A DNA stretch of 39,927 nucleotides from Fibrobacteria bacterium (lineage in GTDB: Bacteria; Fibrobacterota; Fibrobacteria; UBA11236). Position 1 is the first letter of the stretch. Each line of letters begins with the position of its first letter. Location: positions 1 through 39,927 of the forward strand of contig JAYTHY010000028.1 in the NCBI GenBank assembly GCA_043732185.1, in the 5' to 3' direction. The notes under the pieces are model-generated. The model saw only the letters and a program-made list of their open reading frames with translations, made no database searches and was not told where the DNA came from. Shown here piece by piece: positions 1-7,730 of this stretch. The position numbers and the translations under genes are program-made.

Positions 1-2
1 GG

Positions 3-50
3 ATTGCCTTTCCCAATCAAATGCTGGGCAATGTGACGGCTGTCATCTAA
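3..50 (+). CDS. 3' end of an upstream CDS (partial, ...IAFPNQMLGNVTAVI*), possibly PAAR-like/DUF4280 tail
   Basis: Open frame from the window edge to TAA at 48-50, 30 nt before the next ATG. The I-x-F-P-x-Q tail loosely resembles DUF4280 C-termini, but only 15 codons are visible. Confidence 0.25.
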   Translation: MAFPNQMLGNVTAVI

Positions 51-80
51 TCCAGTCGGAAATAATGGTAGATTCCCCTT

Positions 81-908
81 ATGAATTTAGATCCCTTTGC
101 AAAACCACCCCTTGATCCTTTTAACTCAAAGTGGAATCTTAATCCATCTGCCCCAAAGGACATTTTCACCAAACCCAAGGTTGGAGGTGGCGGAGGTGTA
201 AGTCCTGTTAAACGAGTGGCAACACCTGCCATCGAAGAAAAAGATGAAGAGCTCGAAGTTGAAAAGGTGGCGCCCCCTCCACAAAAAATCTACCCAGTAA
301 AAATTTCCAACCCAAAATGGTCGGTGGAAAAAGCGTTATTTGGGGATACGGTCATGGCATCCGTCGATGTGGATCTCCCCGATGGTCAAAAAGACTTCAC
401 GCGAGTTGCTTTCGCCTTGTTTTCCGTCCTTCCATCTGGAAAAACGGAAAAAATAAAATCACAGGATGCTCACGCAAAGGAAGGTAAGGCCGAAAGCCCT
501 TTTGTGCTGAATCGACAGGGAAAAAAGGATGGACAGTCCGCAAACACACACCTGTTCCTGTTTACTGCAAAACACTCGCGCGCTGAAAAAGAATTGGAGA
601 GCCCGGCTTTGGAGGTGACCGAGCCCATGCGCAATCTGATTTGCGAATTCGATGACCATTCCAATCTAAAAACGGCGGGTAATGTTTTACTATTAAGGGA
701 TGCAAATGGCTCAGTCCATTCAACTTTTAAAGCCAGTGACGGAACCGAAAAAGATGGAATATTATCCTTCGATTTCAAAAACCTTGACGCGGAAGTCGAC
801 TATATTCTGGAAATTCAAAACGAGAAGTCAGAAGTTATAGAGACTATTTTTTCAGAAAGAAAACACGGGGATTTGGCAGAGGGCCAGGCGACCATCGAGG
901 ACAAATGA
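81..908 (+). CDS. Hypothetical protein (Pro/Gly-rich N-terminus, beta-rich body)
   Basis: 275-aa ORF with no signal peptide; its stop overlaps the next start (ATGA 905-908). Confidence 0.75.
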   Translation: MNLDPFAKPPLDPFNSKWNLNPSAPKDIFTKPKVGGGGGVSPVKRVATPAIEEKDEELEVEKVAPPPQKIYPVKISNPKWSVEKALFGDTVMASVDVDLPDGQKDFTRVAFALFSVLPSGKTEKIKSQDAHAKEGKAESPFVLNRQGKKDGQSANTHLFLFTAKHSRAEKELESPALEVTEPMRNLICEFDDHSNLKTAGNVLLLRDANGSVHSTFKASDGTEKDGILSFDFKNLDAEVDYILEIQNEKSEVIETIFSERKHGDLAEGQATIEDK

Positions 909-1507
909 AATTGAAGCAAAAGATAAAATTGTATGGCATTGGATTGCTGGCGATGGCCGGGTCATTGATGGTTGTTAATTGTGGAAGCAGGGATACTCGT
1001 AATCTTCCGAACAATATAAGAGTCAAATCGTTGAACAGTAACGGATACCACGCGCATGCGCGGATGGTTTTCAACCCAACCAATCCCATCAAATTTATTT
1101 GTACTGGAATATTTGGAGAAGGATTAAAATCGAAAGAATACATATTTAACGACATATCCGAATCTGGTGTGGAATTGGATATCAAGCAAAAAGTTTCAGG
1201 AATATGCGGATACCAGTTTAACGCACTCTCGATAGAGTGTTCGAAATCACCTACCTACTTTTCCTCCGATGACCCTCCACCTGAAAAAATCATTTTAGGC
1301 CTTCTAGATACTTCTGTTTCCGTAGCGACCTTTCAGGGCAATACATTTGTAAGCCCCAACAAAATTTTGAATAATGTTCTCCATATTGAAATCAGTGGAG
1401 AAAAGAGTAGGTATTGGGGCTGCAAAGATGACTGTGAAAATAAAGAGGATTTTGGAATTAATAGTTCAAATCAGACCTTAACCATAAACTGCCAGGATGG
1501 AAAATAG
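905..1507 (+). CDS. Predicted lipoprotein, candidate immunity protein for the downstream lipase
   Basis: Basic N-terminus, hydrophobic stretch and Cys (LMVVNC); several further Cys; AT-rich. TAG 1505-1507 overlaps the GTG start of the lipase. Confidence 0.7.
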   Translation: MKLKQKIKLYGIGLLAMAGSLMVVNCGSRDTRNLPNNIRVKSLNSNGYHAHARMVFNPTNPIKFICTGIFGEGLKSKEYIFNDISESGVELDIKQKVSGICGYQFNALSIECSKSPTYFSSDDPPPEKIILGLLDTSVSVATFQGNTFVSPNKILNNVLHIEISGEKSRYWGCKDDCENKEDFGINSSNQTLTINCQDGK

Positions 1508-3036
1508 TGGCGTTCAAGGTGTCCAGTAATGATGGCAGGACAGTAATTCTCACTCAATCGCATCATGCTAAAGTGGCTCTCTATTTTTCAAAAGAGTATT
1601 CACTAATTAATGCTGTTAACCTAGCTACGCTTTCAAAGCTTGTCTATGCTGATTATGAAACGAGTGTAAAGCCCAAACTTTCCCAACTTTCATTTAAAAA
1701 CAGGCCCAATTTCAGTTCGGATTCCTCGCCAGAAGTAAGACCCTTTCTAGTTCCCTACACTGGAAGAAAAGCCTACTCTACCGAAGGCATAACAGAAATC
1801 AAGGCCGACGAATCCATGTTTTCCATCATCGATACCCAGGCCTTCCATTACAACGACGATGAGTACAACGTTTTCGTATTTCGGGGAACGCAGGAGCTTA
1901 AGGATTTTGCTGCCGATGGATTTGCTCCAAAACATTTTTTTCTGGGTGGCGATGTCCACAAGGGATTTCACGACAACTTTCAATCCGTAAAAAATAAAAT
2001 CAACGACATTCTTTCGAAGCCCGAGAACAAAAAGTGCAAAACAATTGTAACGGGTCATTCGCTTGGTGGGGCGCTGGCCACACTTACCGCTGCCTATGCG
2101 TCTTCAAAATACATGCACGATCCTTGCGGCCAGGTCATGCTGTATACATTTGGCTCACCCCGGGTGGGAGTAGTGGAATGGGTGGACTCGTTCACTGACA
2201 AGTTCATTCATTTTCGGCATCGGCGAGTGCACGATCCCATCAGCATGTTGCCGCCGCACCATTCCTCCCAAAAAATGCCATCCTTGCCGGTTAGATTGAT
2301 CAGTGGCGCAATTGGCGGCGTGGCTCTGATTGTTGGCGAAGCCATTTTCAGACCCGGTGATGCGAGCGAGGCTTTTATCCATCATGGTCAGGGCATTTTA
2401 TTGCGCGAAGGCGAAAAGGGTGCTTGGGTCATAAAAACCGAACTTAAAAACGAAATTGTGATTCCGGACGGCATCGGTTGGAATTCCAAAGAAGCACTCC
2501 TTGCCCGCGAGTTTGTGAAAAATATTACTGCATTCAGGCATGGCATAACCCCACACAGTATGTCGGGTTATTTTGCCAATTTGTTTCACTTGCTCAAAGA
2601 AGCCATCCGCGCTTGGGAGCATGATCCAAAAATCTGGCTGGAGATGAATACGTCCATTTCAAAAGAGGAAACCATATTCATTGAGACCTGGAAAAAGGAG
2701 CGCGAGCGGGACGCCGTAGATTTCAGCACTAAACCTATGGTACAAAGTTCAACATCAACACCAGAGTCTCGCCAACCCATTTCTCAATTGGAAAAAACCG
2801 CCTTTTACAACGACCTCATTAGCCATGGCATCCATCTCAAAATGCAGGCGGACAATGAAATTGCCATTTGGAATCAACCTGGTGCCAAGGGAAAATTACT
2901 CAGGCTTATTGTTCCATGCGACCTGACTGCTGCCATTGAAAAGGAAATGCGGTACCAGGAAACAGTTGCAATCGAATCTGCACAGCCAGAAGCGAAAGCA
3001 ATTGATTGGGTGCCCATGTTCCCCAAGCCAGGCTAA
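1507..3036 (+). CDS. Class 3 lipase (Lipase_3) family protein, Tle-like effector candidate
   Basis: Motifs VFRGT, VHKGF, nucleophile elbow TGHSLGGALA, YTFGSPRVG, DPISMLP and HSMSGY; no signal peptide; helical C-terminal extension. Confidence 0.88.
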   Translation: MAFKVSSNDGRTVILTQSHHAKVALYFSKEYSLINAVNLATLSKLVYADYETSVKPKLSQLSFKNRPNFSSDSSPEVRPFLVPYTGRKAYSTEGITEIKADESMFSIIDTQAFHYNDDEYNVFVFRGTQELKDFAADGFAPKHFFLGGDVHKGFHDNFQSVKNKINDILSKPENKKCKTIVTGHSLGGALATLTAAYASSKYMHDPCGQVMLYTFGSPRVGVVEWVDSFTDKFIHFRHRRVHDPISMLPPHHSSQKMPSLPVRLISGAIGGVALIVGEAIFRPGDASEAFIHHGQGILLREGEKGAWVIKTELKNEIVIPDGIGWNSKEALLAREFVKNITAFRHGITPHSMSGYFANLFHLLKEAIRAWEHDPKIWLEMNTSISKEETIFIETWKKERERDAVDFSTKPMVQSSTSTPESRQPISQLEKTAFYNDLISHGIHLKMQADNEIAIWNQPGAKGKLLRLIVPCDLTAAIEKEMRYQETVAIESAQPEAKAIDWVPMFPKPG

Positions 3037-3643
3037 ACCTTTCAGCTTGGCGATATTCAAATGCCAACTAAATTGTTTATTTAAAAATTTCGAAAAAATA
3101 TTCGGCACCTGAAATTTTGGGTGAGTTGCATTTGTTTTGGAACGAGACGGAGGCGGTACCCTTAAACGCAGAATCGATTTTACTCTTCAGGATGACTTTT
3201 CTGGCTGAACCTGGATGAATGTGGATTCAATACTATGGAATGCAGCTGTGGAGGCCTAGATATAAAAAAAGATAGCTGCATAAAATTCTTCAGTCTCAAT
3301 ATTTGCCCGAGTTGGAAAGGCTCCTTAACACAAAAACATTGGATATGGTGCGGGTGTATGGTATTCCGAAGGAGAATAGGATTGGTAAACAGCGCGTCTT
3401 TTGAAATTGAAGGAGGTGGCAAGTTTGTCAAGGCAGTCCATACAAAAGGCAACCCGTTATTGATGATGGTAGATTCCGCCTATTCTGGAATCTTTGGGTT
3501 TGGACTGGACTTTACTTCTTCCAAATTTAGGAAAAATGGGAAGTCGGAAGGTAGGATAGATTAGGTCAAATGGGAGACCCTGTTTTCGAAGGTCTGAATT
3601 CAAGAACCTTCCAATTTACAATTACTATGTTTAAGGCACAGCT

Positions 3644-4273
3644 ATGCGGTTCATATTCAGCCTTTTGTTTATTCTTGGTTTTAGTAAGCTGTCCTATGGA
3701 ATAACTAAGGTCAATGTAGCCCAATTAGATACTGTGGCCATGCATGCCGTTTACCTTGATGGAGACTTTGATAAAGCCACACAGGTATTAGAAGGTGCGC
3801 TCAAGCAAAAGAACCTTCAGCATGGTGATAGCGTTTTTATCTTTAAGCATTTGGGTGTAATGTATGCAGCTAGGGAGGAGACCAGAGAAAAAGGAAAGTA
3901 CTTTATGTATAAACTAATAACCGCTGAACCTCTTACAAATATTCTCGATATGTATGCGAGCGACATGATTTACATGATCTTTAAAAACATAAAAGATGAA
4001 TTCGAAGCTAATCGCACACGTTTGGAAAGAGCTGAATTGCACATGGGCAAGGCTGGCAAAGGAAATGGGTCAACGGTTTCTCCGGATGATTCTACTGACT
4101 CTAGCCGGAACAATAAAGACAAATTTAAAAAACAGCAATTGAAAAGCCATAGCGCTTATTTTTGGATTGGCGGTGCAGGTATTGCTGCAGCCATGGTCAG
4201 CGTTGGCTATTTAGTTTATATTCATGTGGCAGAAAAACCTTCGCCTTCAAAAATTATTTATGGTCTTGATTAA
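3644..4273 (+). CDS. Exported TPR-like protein with C-terminal transmembrane anchor
   Basis: Signal peptide, helical TPR-like segment (GDFDKATQVLE...HLGVMYAA), low-complexity linker, C-terminal hydrophobic helix (YFWIGGAGIAAAMVSVGYLVY). Confidence 0.75.
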   Translation: MRFIFSLLFILGFSKLSYGITKVNVAQLDTVAMHAVYLDGDFDKATQVLEGALKQKNLQHGDSVFIFKHLGVMYAAREETREKGKYFMYKLITAEPLTNILDMYASDMIYMIFKNIKDEFEANRTRLERAELHMGKAGKGNGSTVSPDDSTDSSRNNKDKFKKQQLKSHSAYFWIGGAGIAAAMVSVGYLVYIHVAEKPSPSKIIYGLD

Positions 4274-7200
4274 TTTCTCTTTTGGAAATAAGGCGCGATA
4301 TTTAGTCCCAGTTTTAGCTGTGTTTCTCCTAATATTTTTGGCTTGTCATTTGGATCAGCCAAATAGTGCGGAGGCGTATCTTAATCTTTCCAAATTGACT
4401 GACACGCTCGGTGATTATGACTCGGTACTTATAACCCTAGAGGATTTGGAGGGCCATGCCATAGGCCCCGCTTTTCATTTAGAAAAGGACGCTCTTGGAA
4501 GTCTTGCTGAGTTAGCCGTACCTTATTACAAAGGTCAAAAAGTTCGCATTTCCATCATCGGGTATTTTGCCAACAAAGTGGTTTATGATGCTACCCGTAT
4601 CTATGAAGGAAATCAGAATAAAATCGAGTCAGTTACTTACCAAACACTTCGGGAATCAAAAGTATTGATTACCCCAAGTGATACTCAGCTTTACGTTGGG
4701 GATTCAGCGATATTTCCAAAAGCGATAATCACACCATCCGCTTTAACCGGGACACTTTTGGAATGGACGTCTTTGAATTTGGATTTTTTAGAAACCAATT
4801 TAACACATTATTTTGCAAAAAAGCCTGGAACTGCCGAATTGCGCGTCCGACTTAAATACGATACGATCAAACAATTCGTTTTCGTAGTACGTATCAGTAA
4901 TAAGACACCATTCAAGCAAATGGAAAGCGTAACTTTATCGCCAAAAAATATGCAGGTGGCCGTAGGCGGTGCGCACAAATTTCTAACCGCAGTAGTGCTT
5001 CCTTCAACCTATAAAGGAAACCTTATTTGGAAAAGCGAGGATTCTTCTCGTGCAACTGTTACTCAAGATGGAGAAGTAGCTGGATTGCAAAAAGGAATTG
5101 TGAAAATTTGGACAACAGGTATCGAAGATGCGACTAAGTCTGATACTGCATTAATTGAAGTCGTTGAGCTAATCAAGGTCACTCAAATTAAATTTCTTGT
5201 GCATTCACTTGATCTTTATCTTGGTTCTGGTGCAGCTATCCCTGAAGTAAAAGCGTATCCACCTGAGGCGAACCAATTTACCAACTTGATGGTAGGAGAT
5301 TCCTCGGTTGTTCGAATTGCTGGTGGTCGGCTGGAAGGGCTCAAGCTGGCTTCTACATATTTAGTAGTCAAATCTAACGAGAATTCTCTGATTACGGACA
5401 CTATTTTTCTATCGGTAAAAAAACTGGAAGTTATAAGCGGTGTGGTAATTGAAAAGGACACCATTAATCTTTATCAAGGTGGAGATAGTCCTATTATAAA
5501 AGCTGTAATATTTCCAGTTACGTCCTCGCAAACTGTACGCTGGAAAACCTCCGATCCCCTGGTAGCAGCAATCGACTCCTCATCCGGAAAAATTTCTCCG
5601 AAGGTGCCGGGTCGTACGTATGCATCAGCAATCAGCACTTTAGACTCTACAAAACACGATAGCTCTTTGGTCCTAGTACGAAAGGATACTCCGCAACTAA
5701 ATGTTGGGCGGAGCGATACGACTGTGTCTGTCGGCACTACAATAACCTTTCATCCAGTTGCACCGCAGGCCTTCGGAAAAATCCTGATTTTTAAATGGGA
5801 CCTAGATGGAGATAATGTCTACGAAGGCTCATCGACTGATTCAGTGAAATCGAGCCTTTCTTTTCTTTACAGTAAGGAAAAGGAAACGGACGCTCATTTT
5901 TTTGCCTCAGATACCGAAGGTAATGACACTCTTGTTGTAAAAAAAATTCATGCTGTTAGTGGCCCTGTAATTCTCATTACTTCCCCACTGGATAAAAGTT
6001 ATTTCTCGAAAACTGTAGTAGACGTGGTATGGTTTATTGATGGGATTAAACAAACATCTCAGTTCTTGGATACTCTTCTTCTCGAAGGCGCTAATACTAT
6101 TACTCGTAAGGCGAAAGATGGACTCGGAAAGGATTATTCTGCATCCGTAATCGTATACCTCGATCGGGTTCCTCCTAAAATGCCTATTCTCCAGGGAACG
6201 GCGTTAGTGCGAAACCGAACTCCGACCTGGTCCTGGAAATCTGGTGGCGGTGGCATCGGCAGTTATCGTTACAGGCTGGATAGCTCGGACATGAGTTTGG
6301 CCATTTTTAGCAAAGACACCGCATTTGCGCCCGAAAGCGCACTGTCAGATGGTAAGCATGTACTCTATGTTGAGGAAAAGGATGAAGCCAATAATTGGTC
6401 ACCCCCTGGCTCCTATGCAATCACCGTTGATTTCACTCCACCAAAGGCACCCATTGTGCAGTCTGCATTAGTTTATACCAAGACCGCTCAGCCAAAATGG
6501 ACCTGGCTAAGTTCTGGTGGAGGGGCTGGACAATTTCGATTTAAAATGGATGATAGTGTGCTTACCGCCCAGCTTGAGTCCACTGACCTTAGCTATACGC
6601 CTAATCCTCTTTCCGAGTCTGCGCATACATTGTATGTGCAGGAACGGGATGACCTTGGTAACTGGTCCGAGTCGGGTAAATTTACTGTATATATTGATTT
6701 TACCCCGCCGAACCAGCCGGTTGTTACCTCAATTCCAAAAAAACTGCGACCAATATGGACTTGGGAATCAGGAGGAGCAAATGGATCAGGGAATTACCGA
6801 TACAAGTTGGATGATGCCATTGTCAATTTAAACCCAATAGAAACAAGCAGCTTAACCTTTACTCCGAATAAAGATCTTTCAGAAGGGAACCATATTCTGT
6901 ATGTTCAAGAAAGGGACGTCGCTGGAAATTGGTCTAACACAGGTAGCTCCACGATTCTAGCGGCTAGACCACTGAATGCTTTAACCGATAATGAAATTGA
7001 AGAAGGTTATACTTTACTTTTTGATGGTTCTCGGGAAAGTTTTGCCAATAATTTTGTCGATTATCAGCAAAATGTTTCCGACAACATTTTTTTAGACACG
7101 AAATGGAGTGCAGATATTGGAAATTATATTACCATGCCGGGGACAGGGCCCGATATTCGATCAAAATTACAGTATAGAGATTTCGACTTGCGATTAGAGT

Positions 7201-7667
7201 ATCGGAATTCTGGAAATCAAGGTATATTCTATAGGTTCAGAGTTTCACAGTCCTTGCCATGGCAAACAGGTGTTGAGTTTGCAATTGATAACCTAGTAAG
7301 TACAACTTTGCTGAAGTCAAATCCAGGTGCTGCTTACGACATGTTTGGACATAGCCAAACCGTTTACAATCCATTTTCTCTAGGTTTGTGGAACTCTGTT
7401 CGAATTGTGGCAGTGGGGGATAGTGTTGAGCATTGGATGAACGGTGTTAAACTAATTGGATATAAATACCATTCGGCAACGTGGTGGTCTGCTTACAATT
7501 TGAGTAAGTGGGCATCTTTTCCCTCCTACTGCATGAAAACTCCGGGAGATCGGGGGTCCGGTTATATCGATGAAGGATATATTGGGTTCGAAGGTGATCA
7601 CGGTGGAGCATGGCAAATCCGAAATCTTAGAATCAATGCTGTCAGTCCAAAAATAGGGCCGCCATAG
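4260..7667 (+). CDS. Large lipoprotein: Big_2-like Ig domains, PKD-like domain, three Ig-like repeats, C-terminal DUF1080 domain
   Basis: Lipobox FLAC; W-x-S-x-D Big_2-type motifs; WDLDGD PKD-like motif; three ~89-aa repeats; C-terminal LLFDG...GIFYR...DSVEHWMNG...GYIGFEGDH. Start placed at ATG 4260 (track gives 4224). Confidence 0.85.
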   Translation: MVLINFSFGNKARYLVPVLAVFLLIFLACHLDQPNSAEAYLNLSKLTDTLGDYDSVLITLEDLEGHAIGPAFHLEKDALGSLAELAVPYYKGQKVRISIIGYFANKVVYDATRIYEGNQNKIESVTYQTLRESKVLITPSDTQLYVGDSAIFPKAIITPSALTGTLLEWTSLNLDFLETNLTHYFAKKPGTAELRVRLKYDTIKQFVFVVRISNKTPFKQMESVTLSPKNMQVAVGGAHKFLTAVVLPSTYKGNLIWKSEDSSRATVTQDGEVAGLQKGIVKIWTTGIEDATKSDTALIEVVELIKVTQIKFLVHSLDLYLGSGAAIPEVKAYPPEANQFTNLMVGDSSVVRIAGGRLEGLKLASTYLVVKSNENSLITDTIFLSVKKLEVISGVVIEKDTINLYQGGDSPIIKAVIFPVTSSQTVRWKTSDPLVAAIDSSSGKISPKVPGRTYASAISTLDSTKHDSSLVLVRKDTPQLNVGRSDTTVSVGTTITFHPVAPQAFGKILIFKWDLDGDNVYEGSSTDSVKSSLSFLYSKEKETDAHFFASDTEGNDTLVVKKIHAVSGPVILITSPLDKSYFSKTVVDVVWFIDGIKQTSQFLDTLLLEGANTITRKAKDGLGKDYSASVIVYLDRVPPKMPILQGTALVRNRTPTWSWKSGGGGIGSYRYRLDSSDMSLAIFSKDTAFAPESALSDGKHVLYVEEKDEANNWSPPGSYAITVDFTPPKAPIVQSALVYTKTAQPKWTWLSSGGGAGQFRFKMDDSVLTAQLESTDLSYTPNPLSESAHTLYVQERDDLGNWSESGKFTVYIDFTPPNQPVVTSIPKKLRPIWTWESGGANGSGNYRYKLDDAIVNLNPIETSSLTFTPNKDLSEGNHILYVQERDVAGNWSNTGSSTILAARPLNALTDNEIEEGYTLLFDGSRESFANNFVDYQQNVSDNIFLDTKWSADIGNYITMPGTGPDIRSKLQYRDFDLRLEYRNSGNQGIFYRFRVSQSLPWQTGVEFAIDNLVSTTLLKSNPGAAYDMFGHSQTVYNPFSLGLWNSVRIVAVGDSVEHWMNGVKLIGYKYHSATWWSAYNLSKWASFPSYCMKTPGDRGSGYIDEGYIGFEGDHGGAWQIRNLRINAVSPKIGPP
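6160..6960 (+). repeat. Three intragenic Ig-like protein repeats (approximate bounds)
   Basis: Repeated D-x-(T/V)PP-x-x-P...W(T/S)W-x-S...(Y/F)R(Y/F)(K/R)(L/M)D...H-x-LYV(Q/E)E(R/K)D...NWS units in the translation. Confidence 0.8.
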
Positions 7668-7730
7668 TTCCACCAAAGTTTTCCATTTGTTGCCTTGGAA
7701 CGCAGACACCAGGCCACCGGATCACCCCAA

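Noticed and set aside
2..115. Frame-2 peptide containing CDGCH (heme-like motif)
   Set aside because: It would overlap the 81..908 gene by 35 nt and a cleaner frame stops at 50. Probably chance, but this cannot be settled without upstream sequence.
3180..3564. ORFs 3235..3564 (+) and 3180..3452 (-)
   Set aside because: No RBS, odd Cys/Trp-rich composition and no recognisable motif. Could be a decayed remnant but is not supportable.
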